A stretch of DNA of 64,000 nt from an uncultured Thermoplasmatales archaeon (GCA_964606745.1 CAZSHJ010000001.1:18091-82090), one strand, 5' to 3'. Shown: positions 17,700 to 28,028, numbered from the stretch's first letter. Notes: generated by a model from the letters alone, not told the origin. Made by a program: numbers and translations.

Positions 17700-19466
17700 T
17701 TAAATTGTCACAATTGCTTTGCGATTTTGGCCATTTGCAAAGATTGTTAGTTTTTCGGTCTCGATAAGTTTCACAAACTTTGTATCGATTGCACTCTTAA
17801 AGCTATCAAGATAATGCTTATCTATAAAATCACCTTTCTCAGGATATATTGGGGCATAGATAATATTACTACTAACTAAATCCCCGAAAAAATGTGTTCC
17901 ATAAGACAGTTCAAGTGCAACTTGGTCAGTTGCTACTTCAACAATCATAATCGCATTACTAATTTCACCATATCTGACCGGGATACCAAGCTCTGGGTGG
18001 GTTGTACCCCATCGTCCAGGCCCTATAAGGATATATCTACGACCATTAAGAAACCTATTGACTTTCCCTACCTCTCTCGCAATCTCATAAGCATTCGTTA
18101 AATTAAATACCTCATTAGATACATATATAATACGATTTATTCGGGTAAACTTACCGTTTCCCATTATCCCATTGCTTTTTATAATGACTTTATCCTCAAT
18201 AGAAGATGGGATATTAATCATTTTATGTTCACTTCTTACCCATAACGGCCTTAATTGCACAATATAAAATCCGGGATTGCTTTGCATTCTGTTACCCTCA
18301 GATAATTCTACGGCAAACTCAATATCAACTGGTATTCCTGTTATTTTTTCAATATTATTTACAATATCTTGAAGTAATGAGGTTACGTCTATCGGTTTTT
18401 TTATGCTCAGAATTTTATTAAACGTCAATATAATCTGTTCATTTTTTCTTGGGAATGAGATTATTTCAGTCAAATAATCTTCTTCAATTTTTGAAGCAAC
18501 CAGGCGGATGCTCGAGTCATAATGCACAGCTTCTTTTACAGGGACAGTAACAAATGATTTTTTCTGCAAATCAATAGCGTCAAAATTCGTTTGAGAGTAA
18601 TGAACAATGTCCTCTAGTGACGGACCTACAGGGCTGTTATCCGGAAAAAAGGGGGAGAAAACCTTTGCGCGAGATCGCCCCACCGCTTGTGTGCCAAGCC
18701 CGTACACCATTCTTACAAAACCCTGATTCTGCTTAATTCGTTCGGACCATGGATAATAATTCTGTGAAAACAAAACTCCAGAAATTAAAGGATAATAGAG
18801 TGAATTACGATGGTTTCTTCCAATAACTTCCTGGATAAGAATGGCCATTTTCTCTTCTGCCCAATCTATGTTATTTCTAATCCGATACTCTCTCGCATTT
18901 TCCTCAAAAGTACTGGCATAAACCGTTTTAACCGCGTCAATAATCTCATTCAACCGCTCACTTTTTGTCCCACGGTTCGTAATAAACACCGATTGGTATA
19001 TTCCCGCAAAAGAGTATCGTAGATTATCTTCCAAAAGGCTTGACGATCTGACTACGAGAGGCAGTTCACCAGCAAGAGATATTATGTCTTGAAGTGCCTC
19101 CATTTGTGAATCAGGTAATTCAGCCTCTAAAAAATCCATGTATAACTCTTCGGGGGCAATTTTCCCTGAACATTTCTTTGTTATCCTAGTATACAATTTA
19201 TTTAAATTCATAAACTCGTCATAAAAACTGGTCCTTAACAAAAACGATTTAGGAATTTTTATCAGATCGGAGTGACTCTTTGAAAGAAAAGACTTTTCTT
19301 CCATCTTTAAATCAGTTAAAAACAAGAGACCGGCAGACTTGCCACCGACAAAACCGTCTCCATAGACGATGACATTATCATATGACCTATCTTCTTTCAT
19401 CTTGAAGGTAACGTATGGCGCATCGGACTTTAAAGAGTCGATTAGTCCAATTGCATTTTTATGCAT
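17700..19466 (-). CDS. PEP/pyruvate-binding (PPDK_N, PEP-synthase-like) domain protein
   Basis: GGKSAGL, VRSSSLLED, FAGIYQS, EEKMAILIQEV, GPGRWGT, SYGTHFF. Confidence 0.85.
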   Translation of the reverse strand: MHKNAIGLIDSLKSDAPYVTFKMKEDRSYDNVIVYGDGFVGGKSAGLLFLTDLKMEEKSFLSKSHSDLIKIPKSFLLRTSFYDEFMNLNKLYTRITKKCSGKIAPEELYMDFLEAELPDSQMEALQDIISLAGELPLVVRSSSLLEDNLRYSFAGIYQSVFITNRGTKSERLNEIIDAVKTVYASTFEENAREYRIRNNIDWAEEKMAILIQEVIGRNHRNSLYYPLISGVLFSQNYYPWSERIKQNQGFVRMVYGLGTQAVGRSRAKVFSPFFPDNSPVGPSLEDIVHYSQTNFDAIDLQKKSFVTVPVKEAVHYDSSIRLVASKIEEDYLTEIISFPRKNEQIILTFNKILSIKKPIDVTSLLQDIVNNIEKITGIPVDIEFAVELSEGNRMQSNPGFYIVQLRPLWVRSEHKMINIPSSIEDKVIIKSNGIMGNGKFTRINRIIYVSNEVFNLTNAYEIAREVGKVNRFLNGRRYILIGPGRWGTTHPELGIPVRYGEISNAIMIVEVATDQVALELSYGTHFFGDLVSSNIIYAPIYPEKGDFIDKHYLDSFKSAIDTKFVKLIETEKLTIFANGQNRKAIVTI

Positions 19467-19670
19467 ATATATCTAAAAAAGTTAGCATATATAGTATTAT
19501 TCATTCAAAGATATTCTTACAAAATCGTAACGTGATTGAGTTTAACACTGAATTGTAAGCTTTTCTGATAGATGCGATCTGGGTAACCCCTGTCAGAAAA
19601 AATGATGCATATACGATTAATCCCCTGCCCAAAGATTGTTGACTTCCCGCTGGAATAGGTTAAGATATGA

Positions 19671-21005
19671 TTATTGATGCCAGCTTTCAATGGATTCATG
19701 CAAAATCTGCTCTGCAAGAGCGAGCGACTCATCGGTCACATCGCCGAATGAGGCACAGGCAATCGCCTGCGGAACACGCCGGATATAATCCCCCATCCTT
19801 AAATCCCGGCGGAGCTGGGTGGCATAATGTTCCTCTACAAGCTCGTTTACACTGGAGAGATATGCCCTCACCTTTCTGGTTGACACCTCGATGCCGGGAC
19901 GATAACCTTGCGCCATCTCCACCCACTGGTTGTAGAAGGATGGCTTTTCCCTTATTTCCCCCCCGCCGTAAAATTTCTGTTCGAAAAGTTCCAGACGACT
20001 CTCCCTGTCTATTTTTTCCGTTTTTACTATGAGGGCGAACCTGCTCATGAGAAGCGGAGGCAAGGAAATACCTTTCAAGGGCGTGTCATGAAAAACCTGT
20101 GACGAGGGGTTTGCAAATGCTATCATTATAAATCGACTTTCTATCTCCTCATGTATTTTTGCCGAGTGTACGCTACATCTCCCGTTTGACAATAATTCGT
20201 AGCAGTGCTCTATGTCTCCCTCTGGTATCTTGTCCAGCTCGTCCACAAGCACGACTTTTTCGTGTGAATATGCAAGTGCCCCCATCTCCCCGGTGGCAAG
20301 GTTTATCACCAGTCCTGCCCTTGTTGTGTTTGCCCCGACTGTTGTGATATTGCGGAAATTCCGTTCTATTATTTCCTTCGCAAGGGTCTTGCTGCTGCCG
20401 GGCTCACCGATAACGACCGTATGGACAGGTTCCTTGAATGTGGAGAACATGCTCACCGACAATGCTTTCTTCATTATCTCGTTTCCCATTATACCGTCAA
20501 AAACGTTTCTCCAGAAGCCCTCGAACCCCCGCTCGCGTGCAAAATCCATTACCTGCTCCTCGCTCAGCGGCATGTGCTCCGAAAAGCCCTTTTTCATCCC
20601 ATCCAGAATTTCCTTTTCGATTTGCGATGCCTCGACTATCATGTCAAAAGCCCTTCCATTCCTGCAAATTTCCATAATCCCGTCTTTTTCCGCCAGGGAG
20701 GCGGCACCCGGTGGAACATTGTACACACCCAGAACAGAGAGAACGGATTTTATTATGGGATTGGAGATATCTCTGGTGTACACCCGGATAATATCTTCCT
20801 CAACATCAATATCCTCTATATTTTCATGGGCTATAATGTTTCTTGCCCTCCTTATGAGCGAAACGCCCTTTCCCCTCCCCATCCCCAGCTTCTCGTGGGT
20901 CAGCATGGAGATTTGCTCAAGGCGGGTTATACCCATGGATTCGAGTTTCTTTCTGTCGGATGGTGCAACTCCCAGCTTAGCAAGGTCATCTTCCATATGC
21001 TGCAT
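19671..21005 (-). CDS. HhH (RadA N-terminal-like) domain fused to MCM-family AAA+ ATPase
   Basis: GVAPSDRKKLESMGI N-terminus; GEPGSSKT, TTRAGL, GAL, LVDELDK, ANP, LMSRF. Confidence 0.8.
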   Translation of the reverse strand: MQHMEDDLAKLGVAPSDRKKLESMGITRLEQISMLTHEKLGMGRGKGVSLIRRARNIIAHENIEDIDVEEDIIRVYTRDISNPIIKSVLSVLGVYNVPPGAASLAEKDGIMEICRNGRAFDMIVEASQIEKEILDGMKKGFSEHMPLSEEQVMDFARERGFEGFWRNVFDGIMGNEIMKKALSVSMFSTFKEPVHTVVIGEPGSSKTLAKEIIERNFRNITTVGANTTRAGLVINLATGEMGALAYSHEKVVLVDELDKIPEGDIEHCYELLSNGRCSVHSAKIHEEIESRFIMIAFANPSSQVFHDTPLKGISLPPLLMSRFALIVKTEKIDRESRLELFEQKFYGGGEIREKPSFYNQWVEMAQGYRPGIEVSTRKVRAYLSSVNELVEEHYATQLRRDLRMGDYIRRVPQAIACASFGDVTDESLALAEQILHESIESWHQ

Positions 21006-21030
21006 AATACCTTCCGTAATTAAAGTTTCG

Positions 21031-21459
21031 TTACTCTCTGGCTACCACAATAAAATTAGCTCCGACATATTTCTTGAATCCCGACTTTCCGACAATGACT
21101 TTTAGAAATGCGGACTGCTCCCCCTGTTCAATTGTTGCATTCACGTGGATGACAGCCATGCCCCCGACATCCGTTTTTGCGGATGCTGTTTCATCCCCGC
21201 CCGCGATTTTAACGGTTGCATTCTCCACCGCAGTGTTATTCGCATCGGTCACCTTCACAACGACATCGAACGATGCCTGCGTTCCCGAAATGATTACAAG
21301 ATTTCCGTCCCTGCCCCCGCACTGTATGCACTCCACTTCAAAAGTCCCCTTCGGTGTAAAAATTACAATCAGGGCGATGAGTACCGAGAAAATAACGATA
21401 GCAAGAATGATGAGTGCAGCAAGCCGCAGCGGCGACTTCCGAATGTCCTTGAATGACAA
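21031..21459 (-). CDS. Membrane-anchored Ig-like/carboxypeptidase-regulatory-like domain protein (start uncertain)
   Basis: N-terminal TM; VKVTDANNTAVENATV...KTDVGG; upstream part of the listed ORF overlaps the HAD gene. Confidence 0.65.
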   Translation of the reverse strand: MSFKDIRKSPLRLAALIILAIVIFSVLIALIVIFTPKGTFEVECIQCGGRDGNLVIISGTQASFDVVVKVTDANNTAVENATVKIAGGDETASAKTDVGGMAVIHVNATIEQGEQSAFLKVIVGKSGFKKYVGANFIVVARE

Positions 21460-21562
21460 TATGAACCTATCCCAGTGATCTTTCACGATACAGATAGCAT
21501 ATAATGCATTTAAAAGTTTGCGGATGGAAATAGATTTATATTGCACATCAGGGGTTACCATC

Positions 21563-22135
21563 ATGGATGTCGGGGCTGTGGCATTTGACCTTGACGGTAC
21601 AATCACCAGAACTGGTGTAAGGTTTGCCCCTTTCAGGAAGCGTATAGGGTGCGGGGAAGAGGATGTGCTTGAATACGTAAATAAAGCCGACGAAAAAAGG
21701 AGAAAGGAATTCTACGAAATACTGGACGACTACGAAAAAAACATACAGGAGGATTGCACTCTAAATCCCGGATTTCCAGAGCTCATGGACTTTCTGATGG
21801 AGAAAGGAATAAAAACGGGCATCGCAACCCGCTCGTCCAGAAAGCATGCAGGAATCGTGACACGGAAGCTGGGCATACCGGTCAACCATGTAATAGCAAG
21901 GGAGGACGCAGAGCCAAAACCTTCAGGAATGCCGCTCATCATGCTGTCAAAAATGTTCAACGTGTCCACCGAAAAAATGTTATTCGTGGGAGATTTTTTG
22001 TGGGACATGCTTGCAGGCAGGGATGCCGGGGTCAAAACGGTTCTTCTTCTGAACAGCCATTCGGAAAAGTTTTCCCATCTTGCAGATTACACAATCACTG
22101 ATTTAAAGGAACTAATAGATATGATTGAGAAGTGA
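21563..22135 (+). CDS. HAD family hydrolase
   Basis: FDLDGT, PKPSG, FVGDFLWDMLAG. Confidence 0.9.
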   Translation: MDVGAVAFDLDGTITRTGVRFAPFRKRIGCGEEDVLEYVNKADEKRRKEFYEILDDYEKNIQEDCTLNPGFPELMDFLMEKGIKTGIATRSSRKHAGIVTRKLGIPVNHVIAREDAEPKPSGMPLIMLSKMFNVSTEKMLFVGDFLWDMLAGRDAGVKTVLLLNSHSEKFSHLADYTITDLKELIDMIEK

Positions 22136-22143
22136 ATAAGGAC

Positions 22144-22638
22144 TTATTCAGTGAATCTTCCGTCATCTCCTGATGATGGAAGCTTATGAACGTTTTTCTC
22201 AAGCCACCCTATATTTTTGACCTCATGGATATCAAACTCGGGCACATAGGGCTTGATGTCAAGGAGAGGTGTTCCATCAACAATGTCCACATTCATAATG
22301 TACAGGGTACTACCCTCGACTTTCAAAAGCTCGACCACGGATACACCTATGGGATTGGGCCTACTCGGAGCCCTTGTGGCAAAAACCCCACGCTTTTTGT
22401 TGTCCATGTAGGGCTTTACTTTCAAATGATAGCCCTCAGATAAATGAAATTGGTATATTAAAAAAATGCGAGAAAAACCCCCAATGTCCTCCAATCCTTC
22501 AGCGTATTCTGGAAATACTTCTACTTGCCCTTCAATGCCTTCTGCAACTGCGGGTTGTATTGGAATTCCCTTTGGCTCCTTGAAAGGAGAATGAATGATT
22601 CCGATGGGCTTGAATGATATTTCATTCATTTTTCTCAT
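22144..22638 (-). CDS. tsaA: tRNA m6t6A37 methyltransferase TrmO
   Basis: PIGIIHSPF, GVFATRAPSRPNPIG, DGTPLLDIKPY. Confidence 0.92.
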   Translation of the reverse strand: MRKMNEISFKPIGIIHSPFKEPKGIPIQPAVAEGIEGQVEVFPEYAEGLEDIGGFSRIFLIYQFHLSEGYHLKVKPYMDNKKRGVFATRAPSRPNPIGVSVVELLKVEGSTLYIMNVDIVDGTPLLDIKPYVPEFDIHEVKNIGWLEKNVHKLPSSGDDGRFTE

Positions 22639-22672
22639 GCCTTATATCCTAATGCATAGAATACCATATAAT

Positions 22673-22744
22673 GCTTTTCTTAAAAGGGTTGCAAAGAAAA
22701 CTTTTCCGTCAACGCTTTTCTTAAAAGGGTTGCAAAGGAACTTT
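22673..22744. repeat. Direct repeat, 24 bp identical, period 41 bp
   Basis: GCTTTTCTTAAAAGGGTTGCAAAG at 22673-22696 and 22714-22737. Confidence 0.85.
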
Positions 22745-23124
22745 GGGGTGCAGACCTTTTGTTGCGTTATTGGTAACATTTTGGTTTTCTATTTTCTTTA
22801 GTAGTTTTAACATTTTATTGATTGTTTGTTTAAAAAAACAAAAAAATTTTTAACAAAAGCCATCAATTTCAGAATTAACAATCTCACAAGCATTTCATAA
22901 GATTTTGTCTTTTTATACTATCTTTCTTTGTTATCTCCCATAAAAATTACATATTCCTTTCGCTTTTACCATAATAAAGGAAAGAACGAGCTCTACAATA
23001 CAAGAGATGAAAATTCAAAAAAAATTTAAGAGTTAACATTAACTGACGGTTTTTAAAAATTAAGCAAAGAAACCCCTATTTTAGCTGCCGACAAACGTTA
23101 AATACAATATTGCTTTTCTAATCT

Positions 23125-24825
23125 GTGATAAAAATGAATAGAACATGTATGGTCGCAATTTGCGTATCACTCTCTATTTTTTTGATGATAACTGCAAGTA
23201 ACTCTGTAATCGATTATGGGGGGAAGACAGATTTAACAAACGGAAGTAATAGTATTGTAATTTTCTCTCCGGATAATGTGCAGGGCAACCTGCCGGGCAA
23301 TGAAACAGAGTACTGGGCATTAATCGTGGCTGTGGGCATATATGCTAACAACCCTGATATGGACAGACCGAGCATGCTCGTGGAATCGGCCAAACTCCAG
23401 GAAATGCTGCCTGTGTCATCAAATTGGGATGAAAACCATATGAAAGTCATAGAAAGAGAGAATGCCACGGTGCCGAATATCATAAATGGATTCAGATGGC
23501 TGGATGAAATGGAAGATGAAAATGATATTTCCCTTGTTTACCTGACAACCCACGGCTTCCCGATTTTATTTGATATACCTCCTTTTGATGAGGAAGACGG
23601 TATGGATGAGGCACTGGCAACTTACAGGGGTTTCCTCCCGTTTCCCAACCCGTGGAGCTGGGAGCCACTTGCAAACGCATTTGCAATACTCACCGATGAT
23701 GAAATCAATTTTTTCCTGAATAGACTTGAATCAAAGGGAATTGGTGTTATTGTTGACAGTTGTCACAGTGGCGGCTTCAATGACAACTGGTCATACTCCA
23801 AAGCGGCTGTGGAGAACTGGGCAAAGGATTTTGCCGGCGAGCTTCAGGGGAGAAACAGGGTGATTATAACTTCGGTGCCGGAGACAGAGACCTCTTATGG
23901 TTCGTACTTCTCCAACTATATTATCAAAGGGCTTCAGGGATACGGAGATGTGAACGGCGACGGGATGTGCTCACTGGAAGAAGCATTTAACTACGCAAAA
24001 CCCATAATTGAAAAAGATACGGGCATGCGTCCCCAGATTTTCGATGATTATCCCGGCGAGCTGATTTTTACCGAAAAGGAAATGCCTCCATCCCAGCCGG
24101 AAAAGCCGGAAGGACCGACAATAGGAAAAACGAATACGACGTATTCATATGAGACACTGTCATCAGATCCGGAAGGGGACGATATAAAATATCTTTTCGA
24201 CTGGGGAGATGGAAGCAAGGAATGGACATTGCCTTGCCATTCTGGCATAGTCTTAAGCATATCACATTCATGGGATGAAGAGGGGACATATAGCATCAAG
24301 GTGATGGCATCCGATGAGAAAGGAGCGGAGAGTGAATGGTCTGAAGAGATGGCAGTTACACTGGCCGACCGCCATATAGTTGACCAGAGGCAGGTGGTTT
24401 ACCGCTCTGGATCCAGGGTGAATATAACCGAATGGGTTGCTCAGTCATTTGTGCCCTCTCTCGACAGAATATCAAAAATCGAAATCAATCTTTTCTCATA
24501 TGGTGAAAGCAATACAGTTACCCTCATGTTACGGGAAAACCTGGACGGAATTGATATGGCAACATCATCAAAAACTGTTGAGCCAGCAAAGGATTGGGAG
24601 GAATCGAAATGGATTTCCTTTGGTTTTAACGAGGTCTCGTTAACTCCGGGGAAGGAATATTATATTGTATGCTACAGTTCAGCAGAGGAGTGGAGTGTGC
24701 GATGGTCGAATAGTGGACGTAACAATGATGTGTATCAAAATGGCACCATATATTACTCAGAGGATGCTGGCATCACCTGGGAAAGCAGGAATAATAGAGA
24801 CGCCACATTTGTTACCTACGGATAG
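23125..24825 (+). CDS. Secreted caspase-like (clan CD, C14/C13) peptidase with PKD domain
   Basis: Signal peptide; YWALIVAVG, THG and DSCHSGGF dyad; FDWGDG PKD. Confidence 0.85.
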   Translation: MIKMNRTCMVAICVSLSIFLMITASNSVIDYGGKTDLTNGSNSIVIFSPDNVQGNLPGNETEYWALIVAVGIYANNPDMDRPSMLVESAKLQEMLPVSSNWDENHMKVIERENATVPNIINGFRWLDEMEDENDISLVYLTTHGFPILFDIPPFDEEDGMDEALATYRGFLPFPNPWSWEPLANAFAILTDDEINFFLNRLESKGIGVIVDSCHSGGFNDNWSYSKAAVENWAKDFAGELQGRNRVIITSVPETETSYGSYFSNYIIKGLQGYGDVNGDGMCSLEEAFNYAKPIIEKDTGMRPQIFDDYPGELIFTEKEMPPSQPEKPEGPTIGKTNTTYSYETLSSDPEGDDIKYLFDWGDGSKEWTLPCHSGIVLSISHSWDEEGTYSIKVMASDEKGAESEWSEEMAVTLADRHIVDQRQVVYRSGSRVNITEWVAQSFVPSLDRISKIEINLFSYGESNTVTLMLRENLDGIDMATSSKTVEPAKDWEESKWISFGFNEVSLTPGKEYYIVCYSSAEEWSVRWSNSGRNNDVYQNGTIYYSEDAGITWESRNNRDATFVTYG

Positions 24826-25010
24826 GATGTTCAGACCAATGTCTGTACGAATATAGAGATTTCCAAAACCAGATAAGAATCACTGTAGCGTAAGGAAGGA
24901 TTTTTCCTTCTCTCTTTCCTTTATTTTTAAATTTAACAATCGTGAGTTGTCAATTGTGCCATACGTAAAGTTTTTGAATGAGTTTTTATTTACATAGTGG
25001 AGGCAAAAAT

Positions 25011-26273
25011 ATGGAAAAAATATTGTGGAAAGGATTGGCATGCGCTTTGGTAGCGATGTTACTACTAATACCTGCAAATATTGCAGAGAACAATAGAGAT
25101 AATGAACCATATCCAAAACTGCAAGTCTTGGCAGGGAATGCTGTGATAGATGGATTGCTTACTGAACTCAACTCAGTTGAAGGAGAGAAATTGGAAGGAA
25201 CAGTCCCCCCCACATGGGATTGGAGAAATGAAACATATGACAATATTACCGGCGATTGGACGACCCCGATAAAAGATCAATATCAGGATAAATGTGGAAG
25301 TTGCTGGGCATTTGGCTCACTTGCCGGACTGGAATCTGCAATTAAAATTTGGAATGATGATTTTGAAACGGATGTCGACCTTTCTGAACAATACATGCTA
25401 TCTTGTTCAAAAGGAAGCTGTGAGGGATGGTATTGGTTCAACACACTCGATTGGATAAAAAATAATGGGGCTATACCGGAATCATGTTTCCCGTATGAGG
25501 CAGATGATACCATTCCGTGCGATGCAAAATGTCCTAATTGGAGAGAAATGCTTATAGGAATAAATGAATATCGTCGGGTTAGCTCTGATGTGTTATCCAT
25601 ACAGAACGCCCTTATTCAATACGGTCCCCTTCCCGCGACCATGGAAGTATATGGAGATTTTTATCCGAATTATACCGGGGGCGTATATCGCCATACCTAT
25701 GGTGACCTTATATGGGGCCATTGCGTTACAATCGTTGGATATGATAATACATGGGGAGAAGAAGATGAGGGATACTGGATTGTAAAAAACAGTTGGGGAA
25801 CAGAATGGGGGGAAAAAGGGTGGTTCAGGATTGCTTATGGAGAATGCAAAATTGAGAAAGGAGTATATTACTTTACCGGTCCGAATTACGCTCCCGATAA
25901 ACCCGATAAACCCTCTGGAGTAAACAGGGGTAAGGTTGGTGAGGAATATACATATTCGGCAACCGCAAATGACCCAGACGGCGACAATATAAAGTATTGT
26001 TTTGACTGGGGAGACGACAATATTACGTGGACGAGTCACATCAGCCCCGGAGAAACAGCATCAGTTAATTATACCTGGGCAGCTAAAGGAAATTACAACA
26101 TTAGAGTAAAAGTTAAGGACGAACACGGATTAGAAAGTGATTGGTCAGACCCTTTGCCAGTTAGCATGCCAAAAATCTATGAAAATACATTATTGGTATT
26201 GCTGGAAAAACTCAATGAATGGTTTATACAAGCGTTTGGAAGAGAGCTATTGCCGTGGACATTCAACCTATAA
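25011..26273 (+). CDS. Secreted papain-family (C1A) cysteine peptidase with PKD domain
   Basis: WDWR, CGSCWAF, DLSEQ, GHCVTIVGY, KNSWGTEWG; PKD and conserved tail. Confidence 0.93.
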   Translation: MEKILWKGLACALVAMLLLIPANIAENNRDNEPYPKLQVLAGNAVIDGLLTELNSVEGEKLEGTVPPTWDWRNETYDNITGDWTTPIKDQYQDKCGSCWAFGSLAGLESAIKIWNDDFETDVDLSEQYMLSCSKGSCEGWYWFNTLDWIKNNGAIPESCFPYEADDTIPCDAKCPNWREMLIGINEYRRVSSDVLSIQNALIQYGPLPATMEVYGDFYPNYTGGVYRHTYGDLIWGHCVTIVGYDNTWGEEDEGYWIVKNSWGTEWGEKGWFRIAYGECKIEKGVYYFTGPNYAPDKPDKPSGVNRGKVGEEYTYSATANDPDGDNIKYCFDWGDDNITWTSHISPGETASVNYTWAAKGNYNIRVKVKDEHGLESDWSDPLPVSMPKIYENTLLVLLEKLNEWFIQAFGRELLPWTFNL

Positions 26274-26279
26274 AATATC

Positions 26280-26398
26280 CTGAGGGAAAAGTCATCTGTT
26301 GCATCTGTGGCGTGAATGAGACAACAAATCCTGATGGCATATGCAATGACTGCAAGCTTTCCATATTGTTTAACAAGAATATTCCACCGAATTTTTGA
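26280..26398 (+). pseudogene. Second copy of Zn-finger microprotein, start codon lost
   Basis: KVICCICGVNETTNPDGICNDC...; 73 bp identical to 7663-7735; ATG changed to CTG plus 1-nt deletion. Confidence 0.65.
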
Positions 26399-26538
26399 TT
26401 ACCCCTCAAATTCCCAAAGTGCTGATAATTGAGACAAATATTTCGCCCATCTTTCACTCTCGCCATATAGGCCAACCTTGGCACCTATAAAAATCGCATC
26501 ATCGAAGATTATAAATCATTCATTTTCCTTTTCAATCC

Positions 26539-27789
26539 ATGGAGAAGTTTGTTATAACAGATGTAAAGGCAAGATGGGTTCTTGATTCAAGGGGTAATCC
26601 GACTGTGGAGGCGGAGGTTTTTGCTGACGACCATACTGTTGTGGGCAAAGCCATTGTTCCTTCAGGCGCATCAAAGGGAAAGAGAGAGGCTGTTGAATTG
26701 AGAGACGGCGGAAAATCATTTCACGGAAAAGGTGTAAACAATGCCGTAAATAATGTTAACAGCATGATCGCTCCTGCGGTAAAAGGCATGGATGTGAGGG
26801 AACAGCAAGCCATCGACAGAAAAATGATTGAAAACGACGGGACTGAAAACAAATCCGCTCTGGGGGCAAATGCGATACTTGCCGTTTCGCTGGCATGTGC
26901 CAGGGCCGCCGCCGCCGCCCTCAAAAAACCGCTTTATAAATATCTTGGGAATGAAAATACGCTACCCGTGCCTTTCATGAATGTTATCAACGGCGGGGAA
27001 CACGCAGGAAATGAGCTTGAGATACAGGAGCACATGATTGCACCAGTTGGAGCTTCGAGCTTCAGGGAGGCAGTGCAGATGTGCTCCGAGGTATACCAAA
27101 CAATGAAAGGTCTGATAAAAAGTCGCTATGGAAAAAACGGCATAAATGTCGGGGATGAAGGAGGGTTTGCCCCCCCATTGAAAAGTTCCGAGGAGGCATT
27201 CGAGCTTATTCTTGATGCAATAGAGGAGAACGGCTATACTGAAAAGATAAAGCTTGCAATGGATTCAGCGGCAACGAGTTTTTATAAAAACGGCTTTTAT
27301 CACATGCAAAAAAAGCTTTCGACTGAGGAGCTTCTGAATTTTTATGAAGAAATAGAGGGAAAATATCCCATTATTCTAATGGAAGATCCCTTTGCTGAGG
27401 ACGACTGGGAAGGATTCGTTGCAATAACTGAAAGGCTGGGGAATAAAGTGCAAATTGTGGGCGACGACATTTTCGTGACGAACAAAAAGTTACTTGAAGA
27501 AGGGATTGAAAGACATGCATGCAACGCTCTCCTCCTGAAGCCAAACCAGATAGGAACGCTGACGGAGAGTATAGAAGTTGCCCGCCACTGCCTCAAAAAC
27601 AATTATGATATCCTGGTCTCCCACCGCTCTGGGGACACATGCGATTCCTTTATTTCTGACCTGACGGTCGCGCTGGGCACGGGACAGATGAAATCAGGGG
27701 CACCGTGCAGGGCGGAACGGACGGAGAAATATAACCGACTGATGCGCATAGAGGATGAACTGGGAGAAAAGGCAGGATACGGAAAATAG
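26539..27789 (+). CDS. eno: Enolase
   Basis: DSRGNPTVE, VPSGAS, GDEGGFAP, SHRSG, RTEKYNRL. Confidence 0.97.
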   Translation: MEKFVITDVKARWVLDSRGNPTVEAEVFADDHTVVGKAIVPSGASKGKREAVELRDGGKSFHGKGVNNAVNNVNSMIAPAVKGMDVREQQAIDRKMIENDGTENKSALGANAILAVSLACARAAAAALKKPLYKYLGNENTLPVPFMNVINGGEHAGNELEIQEHMIAPVGASSFREAVQMCSEVYQTMKGLIKSRYGKNGINVGDEGGFAPPLKSSEEAFELILDAIEENGYTEKIKLAMDSAATSFYKNGFYHMQKKLSTEELLNFYEEIEGKYPIILMEDPFAEDDWEGFVAITERLGNKVQIVGDDIFVTNKKLLEEGIERHACNALLLKPNQIGTLTESIEVARHCLKNNYDILVSHRSGDTCDSFISDLTVALGTGQMKSGAPCRAERTEKYNRLMRIEDELGEKAGYGK

Positions 27790-27843
27790 GAAGGACTTCC
27801 TGATTGATTCCCTTCACAGAATAATGCCTAATGAAAAGTGATA

Positions 27844-27951
27844 ATGCTGAAAGCATTCTCCCTGGATATCTGGCAAATTCTTGAAAAAATCAATGTATGG
27901 TTTACCTCGATATGCAGCAGGAAGTTGATACCCGGGATGCTCAACCCCTAG
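27844..27951 (+). CDS. 35-aa stand-alone homolog of the secreted-protein C-terminal tail (may be a relic)
   Basis: MLKAFSLDIWQILEKINVWFTSICSRKLIPGMLNP aligns without gaps to the last 35 aa of 5232-6641. Confidence 0.5.
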   Translation: MLKAFSLDIWQILEKINVWFTSICSRKLIPGMLNP

Positions 27952-28028
27952 ACCTACCTATTTCGCATTGGCTTAAAAAAAATAGATTGGTTTAAATAAA
28001 TGGAGGGATTTTATAAACTGGGAGAGCC

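Noticed and set aside
20212..21105. 297-aa and 200-aa + strand ORFs
   Set aside because: Antisense shadows of the MCM-like gene
22673..22744. Mini CRISPR array
   Set aside because: Only two repeats, a 17-bp spacer, and no cas genes
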